A stretch of DNA of 64,000 nt, taken from IMG/VR virus record IMGVR_UViG_3300008952_002784, positions 72,954 through 136,953 of that record. One strand, 5' to 3'. Within the stretch, counting starts at the first letter, position 1. Each line of letters begins with the position of its first letter. The position numbers were made by a program, and so were the translations under genes. This document shows positions 31,201 through 38,621 of the stretch, in pieces. This DNA comes from a virus. The notes under the pieces were generated by a model that did not search any database, was not told the origin of the DNA, and saw only the letters and a program-made list of their open reading frames with translations.

Positions 31201-33880
31201 TATACATAGAGGAAATTTACGAACCAAGCTTAAAGAAAAAGGATTTGCGAATTACTATGCATTTTTGACTGCATTCAATCCTAAGATAATGGGTCACAAG
31301 TTTGTTAATAATATAGTGCATGAAAAAGAAAAACAGTACACAAACCACAAAGTTACTGCGATTAGAGAGATTATTACAAAAGAATCAGTTTATAATGTGA
31401 CTGTAGAAGGCAATTTCAACCTTGGAATTGCTTCTTATAACGATATTGACAATCAAAAAAGTTCAATAATTACATATCAGTCGGTTGACGAAGATTATTT
31501 CCTTCCGGTTCGAGGTGGCGAGTCTGGTACTAAGATTGATACTCTCGCCGGCGGTCAAAACACAGCCGCGATTGAAGATGTAGAATACATTCAAAAGAAG
31601 CTTTTTGCAGCGCTCAAGATACCGAGAGCATATCTCGGTTATGACGAAGATGTCGGTTGTCTCACTGGAGACATCATGGTTGATCTTCTAGATGGCAGAC
31701 AAGTTTCAATGAGCGAGCTTGTGAATGAATACGAGCAAGGAAAAAACAACTGGGTGTATTCATTTGACTTAGACGGCACCCCAAAACCAGGCAAGATTTC
31801 GAATGCTTGGAAAACAAAAGACGTTACAGAACTATATGAGATTGAGCTAGATAATGGTAAGAAAATTAAGTGTACCGCTAATCATCCTTTCCTGCTCAAG
31901 CGAGGAGTGTATGTTCGAGCAGATGAACTTAAAGAAGACATGCCGTTGATGGCACTATATTCTCGTGATTCTAAAAAAAGCCTTAAGGATTATGAACAGA
32001 TCTTCGATCACAATACTAGGAACTGGATTTATACACACCGAATGGTAAATGAGAACACTGAAATACCTATCCACGATTCAGCTGGCAAAGAAGACTATGA
32101 CGTAGTTCATCATGCAACATTTGATAAGAAGAATAATAGTCCGGACTCGTTGTTGTTGATGGGTAGAAAATCACATATTAAGCTACATGCTGAGCATGGT
32201 GAAAATTTATTATCTGAAGTCTCCAGAGACAGATTACGCGAGGTGATGAAATCCGAAAGCTATAAAATAAATCATATCAAAGGGGTTCAGGAAGCTTGGG
32301 ATAATGATAAAGGTAATCGCCGCGCCAAACTATCAACAGATAATAAAAAATATGACAAAATTGACTTGATGACTTCACGTCTGCGCGAATTGATAAATTT
32401 AGGGAAGCTAAATCCATCTGAGTGCCTAAAGCAACCCCGCCCAGATTTTTCTGTCATTGTTGGTTCTGTCAAGGCTGGTAATCATACTCTAGAGATGATC
32501 TGCAATGATATTGGGTTTGGTCCTGTTGTTACTGCTGAGATTATCAAGACTGAGTGTGGGTCATGGAATGAATTTGTCGATATACATGATACAAAAGCTA
32601 GCCGCAAAGGCAGAGCATTAAGACACTATAATATTGTAAAAGCAAAAGAATTAGCAGCAACTTGCAAAACAAGAAAAGAATTCCATAACCGAAATATCGT
32701 ATCCAGAACTGCTCATGAAAACCAGCTTACTAAGCACGGGCTATCTCCAACAGCCTGGTATAGCGAAAATATTGGAGCCTTCAATCACAAAGTAGCATCT
32801 GTGAAAAAGCTGATATTGACTGCCCCTATCCCTGTATTCGATATTCAGGTTGAGGGATGGTCAAACTTTGTCGTTGAGAATTCAATTGTCGTTCACAATT
32901 CTAAAGCTACGCTAGCTCAAGAAGATATCAGATTTTCTAGAACAATTCAGCGAATACAAAAAACAATTGTTTCAGAGTTGAATAAGCTGGCAATGATTCA
33001 TCTTTACGCACATGGATATGAAGGTGAAGATCTAGTCGACTTTGTAATTAAACTTTCTAATCCGTCGTCAATTGCACAGCAGCAAAAACTTGAGCTAATC
33101 AGGTCTAAATTTGAAATTGCAGGCACAGCTCCGGAGGGTTTAGTTGATCGAAATTGGATTCGCAAGAATGTTCTAGAGTTGACAAAACAAGAAATTGAGT
33201 TCATAGAAGAGGGTAAGGTACATGACAAGCTTCGTGATGTAGAGCTTGAAGCTACAGGAGCTGAAGAATCTGCAGACACCCCTGCTGGTGATACTCCCGG
33301 TGGCGAAGAAGGTGGCGAAGATCTATTTGCAGGCGATACAGCACAGGGGTCGTTATTAGTCGCCACCCCCGGACCTAACAGATCAACAAAAATAGATGAC
33401 AAAGATGACGATGACGAAGATGTAGATGAGATTGATCTGTCTTCTTTTTCTATAGAAGATTTAAATGCACCCACTAAAATTCAGAATAGAATAAGAAATG
33501 TCTTTAATGAGCCCATTCGAAACTCTAGAAAAAACACGTCAGGCCCTGGGTCCACACATATGCCTGACTTTCATAAGATGACGTCCATTGGTAGGTCTGG
33601 CCGAAGACAAGACACTCTTAATAAACCGTTTGATGATGATTTCATGAAAGATCCCTTTGGGGAGTCTATATTTCCGAAAAGTCCGACGATTGATAATTTC
33701 ATCGACAACAAAATAAAACAGAGCAATAAAATGACACGTGAAATGGAGTCAGTGATACAGAATCTAGAAGGTATGTTCAGTGTTGGCAAGACGTCCATAC
33801 TTAATGAAGACATAGATTCATCTATAGCTGATGAAGATCTAGGATTTGAAGTTACTGATGACAATGAGAGTGAAGAATGA
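28226..33880 (+). CDS. Portal protein (T4 gp20-like) precursor with three inteins; about 670 aa after splicing
   Basis: Portal motifs PEIASALDIY, EDAMLVYRVIRAPERRVFYIDVGN, EDYFLPVRGG, LAQEDIRFSRTIQRIQ, separated by three ~400-aa insertions. Confidence 0.95.
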   Translation: MSKKPANLFVRLTKLFRSGPVIKKKVKNYEPSSTSTALEIFKQSHSDVYNSTLSSYGQFDRMCLDLNTMIAVPGIEKYVSLGSLIDQYADGEKFIVYAYDHEIQQIVPAWAHHPRSSGIRKTVKITFDDGSNLICTHDHPCMMRDGSFVEAAKLNKNDSMMPFYRKDFSGGESGYYNIYTMEKHGWNGWTSEHRLIAEWKEERSVERKSEHVHHKDFNPSNNTPENLVIMNAHDHLSMHAKLATHMKSPKMREHLSRLQKEKWANDDGTRRKNLVSFNKRSDIIEKRRQHATENNQSKNPSVAKKISEKAIKRYSNPHWKEFASKQTSRLHKEGKLKVTKNFSNYWSGKTRPQAWKDARSGKANHAFVNIEKDDLIDAILRHTKRKDVAIEMGVSPSTVKRRASDLFDLNSWKEIVEHVHLSYQNHKVISVEPWVSLETGDITVDGYENFATDTIIVHNSRYGDFSEMESTPEIASALDIYAEECVSPSASGEVLHIHSDNRKIQEILEGLFHDTLNVDFNLVMWVRNLVKYGDFFLFNDISPEYGVINAFPIAISEIEREEGFDKDDPAAVRFRWITQGNQVLENWQVSHFRLLGNDAFLPYGSSVLESSRRIWRQLILIEDAMLVYRVIRAPERRVFYIDVGNVPPEDVGNYLEQAKTSLKRNQIVDKDTGKVDLRYNPLCIYGDNKVPLLDGRTIKIKDLVAEWNDDKRDQEVYSVNLKDGGTIVPGKIIWAGKTGEVEKLIEVELDDGGLYRVTPDHKLMLRDGNPIKAKDLKLGDSLMPLYRRYQDISPNKKNAKYEQVYVPKQDKFVYTHRVVAASKYDIALNDAFLRVKDHVVHHANFNKHDNSSDNLVLMERDEHSRLHAEIGRKHLVRYNKSDEKRKKQTKWNIERNSIEAMSWYNGSELHKSHNKARKEAQLKSWASNKEKRSKAMRYNFDDVCVQLLGDIARQLDKKVSFENFANLVRHDETFMSHYRHINEHIKRTPEKSIHRGNLRTKLKEKGFANYYAFLTAFNPKIMGHKFVNNIVHEKEKQYTNHKVTAIREIITKESVYNVTVEGNFNLGIASYNDIDNQKSSIITYQSVDEDYFLPVRGGESGTKIDTLAGGQNTAAIEDVEYIQKKLFAALKIPRAYLGYDEDVGCLTGDIMVDLLDGRQVSMSELVNEYEQGKNNWVYSFDLDGTPKPGKISNAWKTKDVTELYEIELDNGKKIKCTANHPFLLKRGVYVRADELKEDMPLMALYSRDSKKSLKDYEQIFDHNTRNWIYTHRMVNENTEIPIHDSAGKEDYDVVHHATFDKKNNSPDSLLLMGRKSHIKLHAEHGENLLSEVSRDRLREVMKSESYKINHIKGVQEAWDNDKGNRRAKLSTDNKKYDKIDLMTSRLRELINLGKLNPSECLKQPRPDFSVIVGSVKAGNHTLEMICNDIGFGPVVTAEIIKTECGSWNEFVDIHDTKASRKGRALRHYNIVKAKELAATCKTRKEFHNRNIVSRTAHENQLTKHGLSPTAWYSENIGAFNHKVASVKKLILTAPIPVFDIQVEGWSNFVVENSIVVHNSKATLAQEDIRFSRTIQRIQKTIVSELNKLAMIHLYAHGYEGEDLVDFVIKLSNPSSIAQQQKLELIRSKFEIAGTAPEGLVDRNWIRKNVLELTKQEIEFIEEGKVHDKLRDVELEATGAEESADTPAGDTPGGEEGGEDLFAGDTAQGSLLVATPGPNRSTKIDDKDDDDEDVDEIDLSSFSIEDLNAPTKIQNRIRNVFNEPIRNSRKNTSGPGSTHMPDFHKMTSIGRSGRRQDTLNKPFDDDFMKDPFGESIFPKSPTIDNFIDNKIKQSNKMTREMESVIQNLEGMFSVGKTSILNEDIDSSIADEDLGFEVTDDNESEE
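28412..29602 (+). mobile_element. Intein 1 (397 aa) with HNH homing endonuclease
   Basis: Starts CLDLNT; block B CTHDHP; HNH HVHHKDFNPSNNTPENL; ends IIVHN followed by Ser. Confidence 0.93.
30272..31480 (+). mobile_element. Intein 2 (403 aa) with HNH endonuclease and atypical ...TYQ/S C-terminus
   Basis: Starts CIYGDN; block B VTPDHK; HNH VVHHANFNKHDNSSDNL; block F VYNVTV; removal restores RYNPL-SVDEDYFLP. Confidence 0.9.
31658..32899 (+). mobile_element. Intein 3 (414 aa) with HNH homing endonuclease
   Basis: Starts CLTGD; block B CTANHPF; HNH VVHHATFDKKNNSPDSL; block F VFDIQV; ends VVHN followed by Ser. Confidence 0.93.
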
Positions 33881-34722
33881 GCAATACTCACAATAAAAAG
33901 AGAAATGTTGGAATCGTCTATGAGCAGCTAATTAATGTAATCTCTTCTTACTTAGTTGAGGGAGATCTTGACAAGGCAGACAATGTAATTGGTTTGATCA
34001 AAACACATTTTCAGCCTGGCAGTGAACTCTATAAAGAGTTCCGTCTATTCAATGCGCTAGTAAAGACGACAGTAAGTTCAGACTCTTTGGCGTCTAGAAT
34101 ACTCGAAGAGGCAAAGATAGCTGCTAAAGACCATGATGCAACAAAACTACGAAAAGAAAAATCGTTACTAATAAAGGATATCAATCTCAAAATTAGTAAA
34201 GATGAATTTTACGGAACACGTGTTGAAAATTATAGGACATATGCAACAATACAGACAGTTCTCAATGGGTGGCGATCAAAATCACCCAACATTCGAATAG
34301 TGGCTGAGTATGAAGATAAAGTTCATGCATGGCTCCGTGAAGACAAGACACCCGATACAGTTGAAGAACACATAACACCCGACATCGATCGATTGACAGT
34401 CAAGCTAATGAGAGAGAAGTTTGATGACAAGTACAAAAACTTATCATGTCGGCAAAAATATATGCTCTCAGATTACATGTTTGACAGTACGGCTAAAAAC
34501 GAAAAGCTTAAAGAAAATCTAGCGACTATTCAAAAAGACTTAATTGTAGAATTAACACAGCTTCACAGCAGTTGTGAGAATTCAATACTGCGTGATAAAA
34601 TGCCGTCTGTGATAGAAAATGTAACACTGCTAAATCCAGAAACTTTGAATGATGAAAATATAAGCAAATTTCTGCTAGCTATTAAGCTGTGTGAAGAAAT
34701 AACGGAGAAGATAGATGAGTAA
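33877..34722 (+). CDS. Hypothetical head-module protein between portal and protease
   Basis: 281-aa ORF, ATGA overlap with the portal stop; HNKKRNVG..YEQL N-terminus. Confidence 0.6.
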   Translation: MSNTHNKKRNVGIVYEQLINVISSYLVEGDLDKADNVIGLIKTHFQPGSELYKEFRLFNALVKTTVSSDSLASRILEEAKIAAKDHDATKLRKEKSLLIKDINLKISKDEFYGTRVENYRTYATIQTVLNGWRSKSPNIRIVAEYEDKVHAWLREDKTPDTVEEHITPDIDRLTVKLMREKFDDKYKNLSCRQKYMLSDYMFDSTAKNEKLKENLATIQKDLIVELTQLHSSCENSILRDKMPSVIENVTLLNPETLNDENISKFLLAIKLCEEITEKIDE

Positions 34723-35329
34723 CAACCTAAAGCTTTTAACTGAGTGGGCCCCATTCGAATACTCATCAGACATGATTGTAGAGTCCAAAGAAAAGAATGG
34801 TGGTAAGATTATAATGAAGGGAGTTCTTCAAAAATCTGAGACACTTAATCAGAACGGAAGAATATACCCAAGGTCAATTTTAGAGAGAGAAATACGAAAT
34901 TATCAAAAATTCATTTCTGAGAACAGAGCATTAGGGGAACTAGACCATCCTGACAGTAGCGTTGTTGAATTGAAAAATGCTTCACACATTATTCGCGAAG
35001 CACATATGGATGGCGACGTTTGTTTTGGCACTGTAGAAATACTTGATACGCCTAGCGGAAAAATACTCAAGAGTTTAGTAGAATCCGGAGTTACACTTGG
35101 AATATCTTCAAGGGGGGTTGGATCTACTTCTCCGGATGGCGATTACCAGGTTGTTCAAGATGATTTTCAGCTTATATGCTGGGATTTTGTCTCAGAACCG
35201 TCTACTCCTGGTGCATTTATGATGCGTGAAGGCAGAGAAATTTCTAAGCGTGATTTAAATCGACATTTCACTAAGAGTGATAGACTAGATAGACTATTCA
35301 ATGATATAATATTATGGGAGAGCGAATAG
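34715..35329 (+). CDS. Prohead core protease (T4 gp21-like)
   Basis: NQNGRIYP, ALGELDHP, LGISSRG, WDFVSEPSTPGA. Confidence 0.95.
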   Translation: MSNNLKLLTEWAPFEYSSDMIVESKEKNGGKIIMKGVLQKSETLNQNGRIYPRSILEREIRNYQKFISENRALGELDHPDSSVVELKNASHIIREAHMDGDVCFGTVEILDTPSGKILKSLVESGVTLGISSRGVGSTSPDGDYQVVQDDFQLICWDFVSEPSTPGAFMMREGREISKRDLNRHFTKSDRLDRLFNDIILWESE

Positions 35330-35794
35330 ATGCCTTTAGAAAATCCAAGGCCCGGGCCAAATTACGTACCTGAGTATCAAGTTTCAGGTATACCATACGT
35401 GACGAGATCAGTAAGCGATGAAGTTCAAGACTCACCAATAAAATTAGAATTTCCTCATGTGTCACAGTGGGTAGTAATTAGAAATTTAGCAGCGTCAGGA
35501 TCTGATATGAGAGTAGGATTCACGTCAAATGGTGTGCAGGGAGGCGGAGGAATTTCAGGATCCTATGCTGCTGGAAATAAAGAAGGTCCACAGACTAATG
35601 CACAAAGCAGAAATTATTTTGTCGTGCCAGGCAACACACAAACTCCTCGGATGCAGATAAGAACAAAAGACATGTATTTTATACGAGATGGATCAGCTAA
35701 TTCCACGTTTACTGTTATTGCTGGATTGACAACTGTTCATAGAGAGCTATTCCCAGTGCTTACAGGTTCTGATGGGTTTGAAGGAGTGGGCTAA
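35330..35794 (+). CDS. Hypothetical small virion protein
   Basis: 154-aa beta-rich ORF with three [ST]GS motifs, in the head module. Confidence 0.55.
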   Translation: MPLENPRPGPNYVPEYQVSGIPYVTRSVSDEVQDSPIKLEFPHVSQWVVIRNLAASGSDMRVGFTSNGVQGGGGISGSYAAGNKEGPQTNAQSRNYFVVPGNTQTPRMQIRTKDMYFIRDGSANSTFTVIAGLTTVHRELFPVLTGSDGFEGVG

Positions 35795-35796
35795 AA

Positions 35797-36243
35797 ATGG
35801 CTAAATTAACGAGATCGAAATTAAAGTCACTAGTCAAAGAGTGCTTAGTTGAAATTCTTGAAGAGGGTATTTCATCTAGCTCATCTTCACATGTGATGGA
35901 GTCAAAGACCCCGCACACCCACAAAACGAATAGCTTCAAAAGCAAGAAAAAACATGTTTTAAAAAATTCGTCTCTAGATGAAGTCAGGTATAATAACAAT
36001 TATCAGGAATCAATTGATAAAAGAGTCGCTGCAGTAACGTCAGACCCCATAATGTCATCTATTTTTGCCGATACAGCTGCAACAACGCTGCAAGAACAGA
36101 TTAATTCAGAGCCTCGTGGTCGTGGACAAAGCATGACTAGTATGGCAGAAGCTTTTGACGCGCCTGGCGGAGATATATCAAATGTAGATCTTTTTTCTGA
36201 GTCTTCTAAAAATTGGGCAGCGTTAGCATTCCCGGGAAAATAG
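35797..36243 (+). CDS. Hypothetical head protein
   Basis: KLKSLVKECLVEILEE N-terminus; ends WAALAF, similar to the scaffold end WAVLAG. Confidence 0.55.
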   Translation: MAKLTRSKLKSLVKECLVEILEEGISSSSSSHVMESKTPHTHKTNSFKSKKKHVLKNSSLDEVRYNNNYQESIDKRVAAVTSDPIMSSIFADTAATTLQEQINSEPRGRGQSMTSMAEAFDAPGGDISNVDLFSESSKNWAALAFPGK

Positions 36244-36320
36244 AAAAATTATTCTATATCTAGAAGATTTCTTTTCAAACTGATATGTATAGGCGTAGGC
36301 TTTTGTCACAGGAGAACATA

Positions 36321-36611
36321 ATGTCAAAACGCATTCGTAAACTCACACCTTCTCTTCTTCGCAAGATGGTCATGCAAGAAAGAAAAAGAATCATGAGAGA
36401 AACATCAGATCCAGTATCATCTGGAATCGTACACCCAGAAAAAGTTTCGCCAGATGAGGTAGACGCTGATAAATTGGCAGACACTCTAGAAAAAGACATA
36501 GATCATATGAAGGCATTGAAAATTCACGAAAAACGCCTCAAGAAAAAGTTAGTTAGAATTGCTGAAGCGAAGAAAAAAATCCGAACCCGGGTTCTTCGTC
36601 GTATTAGATAA
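36321..36611 (+). CDS. Small basic hypothetical head protein
   Basis: Start moved from 36285 to 36321 because SD AGGAGA (36310-36315) precedes this ATG. Confidence 0.6.
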   Translation: MSKRIRKLTPSLLRKMVMQERKRIMRETSDPVSSGIVHPEKVSPDEVDADKLADTLEKDIDHMKALKIHEKRLKKKLVRIAEAKKKIRTRVLRRIR

Positions 36612-36632
36612 CAAAAATATTTTTAGGAGAAA

Positions 36633-37109
36633 GTGATGCCCACGCATAAACAAGGCACAGTAACACCCCCAACGTCTGATAGAAGTCTTGGTAAATCCGG
36701 ATCGAATCAGTTAGCATCAGCCTACGGAGCATCGCCAATACATTCAGGTGAAATAGATGACGATACTATTCGTGAACAATTTCAATCTGACGTTTTAGAT
36801 GCTATTATAAATGACGCTGGGCATACATTTGGTGAATTTGATACTTCATATTCTGATGCTCCTGATATGAATTCAGTTGCCACTGGAGGCGGTGGACTTC
36901 CAGCTAGCCCATATGTTCCAAATGTGTCATCACCAGGCCCCGGCAGTCTCAACCCATCTGATCAGCCTGATCCACCCGAAGGGTTTGGACAAACACCATC
37001 TGACACATGGGGCACAGGTGTAGGCTCTCAGCTAACACCAAAGAATTCTTCAGAGAAGATTTCTGGCCAGACTTTGGGTGCATATATTATGGGCAAAAGT
37101 ACTAAATAG
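36633..37109 (+). CDS. Pro/Gly/Ser-rich hypothetical protein, probable paralogue of 37136
   Basis: SD TAGGAGA; start at GTG 36633 or ATG 36636; motifs colinear with the next ORF. Confidence 0.6.
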   Translation: MMPTHKQGTVTPPTSDRSLGKSGSNQLASAYGASPIHSGEIDDDTIREQFQSDVLDAIINDAGHTFGEFDTSYSDAPDMNSVATGGGGLPASPYVPNVSSPGPGSLNPSDQPDPPEGFGQTPSDTWGTGVGSQLTPKNSSEKISGQTLGAYIMGKSTK

Positions 37110-37135
37110 TATTTAGGTGAGAGGGAACTAGACAG

Positions 37136-37696
37136 ATGCCAAGGATGACACACAATACAGTTTATCCTGTTGAATCAGACGAAGCATCTGTTCTAGAGGG
37201 AGCTGTAAGCGGCAAGTCCGATCGAGCTAGACTCGAGTTACAATTTCCTGACTCACCGCTATACACACAGTATGATCCCCTTGAAGTGTTTAGTAATACT
37301 GTAATGAGCTCACAGGTGGTCAACACAGACGGAACACCAGCTAGTGTAGGGTATTGGGGACTAAATGGGTACAGTCGCAATTATTCTCAAGCAGAGACGG
37401 GAATAGGCTCGGCACCCAATATATCTGAGCTCTGGCCGAATGGTGACGAGCCCAATCTAATTGGTAATAGCTTCACCCCGGCGGTAATATCACCATCAGC
37501 ACCTGCAGGATCATTGTCAACATCACAACCAACATCAGAAACTCGCGCGCCGTTTACAGGCCCATCTGCTGATGATATTGACAGTCAACCTAGTAAAACA
37601 TCAGTTGATATAAGAGCAAAAACAAAAGAAATTCTAGAGACTAGACAGTCCCTAGCGTCTTCAGGAATTCCATCACTAGCTACACTAATAGGATAG
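37136..37696 (+). CDS. Pro/Ser-rich hypothetical protein, probable paralogue of 36633
   Basis: GKS...L....SP, Y...AP, P.V.SP and P..S..I motifs occur in the same order as in ORF 36633. Confidence 0.55.
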   Translation: MPRMTHNTVYPVESDEASVLEGAVSGKSDRARLELQFPDSPLYTQYDPLEVFSNTVMSSQVVNTDGTPASVGYWGLNGYSRNYSQAETGIGSAPNISELWPNGDEPNLIGNSFTPAVISPSAPAGSLSTSQPTSETRAPFTGPSADDIDSQPSKTSVDIRAKTKEILETRQSLASSGIPSLATLIG

Positions 37697-37705
37697 GAAT
37701 ACTTT

Positions 37706-38347
37706 TTGACTTGCAAAATCAAGATTGACGAAAAACAAGGCCACTTTCGAAAGTCTATGGTTAGAAGTCATGACGACAAAAAAGGGTTGGGCTACGGTGT
37801 TCTTGAGCCCTCCGGACGATTTGAACCAAGGACATATTCAACATTTTACCCGTATCTAGATCCGGATCCATATGATGATTTAGAACCGGCAACTGAAGAG
37901 GAACAAAAGGGGGTGAGAAAAAAAGTTCCTCCATTAGTTAGAAATGACTCAATGGCAGGCAATTCTGCTGATTCTTTTTATTTTGTAGCAGGTAATACTA
38001 AGCTTTCTGATTGCTTTGCCCGCCCGGATAATATATTAAGCGAGGTCGATGTAGCAGCTAAATCAATGTCGCCTGTTCCGAGTGCTTATAAAAATACTAA
38101 GGGTGCCAGTGCTTCTATTGGAAGGTCAGGTTCTTCTTTTCCCTTTTCTGTTGGGAATTATAAAAGAACTGGTACACAGTATGGATATTCTCGAGCACCC
38201 AAAATAGCATCGATATATGATGCTGATATAGACGACTTGTCAGATGACGAAATAGATAGTGTTAGAAATTTTAATCTTAAAGATTTCATAGACGACGAAA
38301 AAACATACAATCTGATTAAGCATAACAAACGTCCGAGAGGGGAATAA
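37706..38347 (+). CDS. Hypothetical protein
   Basis: 213-aa ORF, TTG start after AGGA; TAATG overlap with the bS21 gene. Confidence 0.55.
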   Translation: MTCKIKIDEKQGHFRKSMVRSHDDKKGLGYGVLEPSGRFEPRTYSTFYPYLDPDPYDDLEPATEEEQKGVRKKVPPLVRNDSMAGNSADSFYFVAGNTKLSDCFARPDNILSEVDVAAKSMSPVPSAYKNTKGASASIGRSGSSFPFSVGNYKRTGTQYGYSRAPKIASIYDADIDDLSDDEIDSVRNFNLKDFIDDEKTYNLIKHNKRPRGE

Positions 38348-38568
38348 TGTCTAAACCAGCACATGTAACAGCAAAATTAGGAGGAAGAGTAAAAACCTCA
38401 GAGCAGCTAATACGTGTCTTTATTCGCAAGTGCAAGAAAGAAAATGTACTTCAAGATTACAAGAAAAAACAATATTATGAATCAAAAAGCGAAAAACGAA
38501 GAAGAAAAAAGTCAGCATCAAAACAAAGGTGTCTTTCAAAGATTAATAAACAAAACAAAATACATTAA
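38347..38568 (+). CDS. rpsU: Phage-encoded ribosomal protein bS21 homologue
   Basis: 73 aa, basic. EQLIRVFIRKCKKENVLQDYKKKQYYESKSEKRRRKK aligns with the bS21 pattern E.ALRRFKR......L.E.R....YEKPS..RKRK. Confidence 0.8.
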   Translation: MSKPAHVTAKLGGRVKTSEQLIRVFIRKCKKENVLQDYKKKQYYESKSEKRRRKKSASKQRCLSKINKQNKIH

Positions 38569-38588
38569 AAAAAATCAATAGCTGACAT

Positions 38589-38595
38589 ATATTTA
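38589..38595 (+). promoter_or_regulatory. Putative late promoter motif ATATTTA (scaffold-MCP unit)
   Basis: Intergenic copy of the recurring motif. Confidence 0.6.
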
Positions 38596-38621
38596 AGTCA
38601 GGAATATTCAAGAGAGGTACG

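Noticed and set aside
36285-36320. ATG at 36285 as a start codon (likewise ATG 56754)
   Set aside because: Both ATGs overlap the promoter-like motif; SD-supported starts lie at 36321 and 56784.
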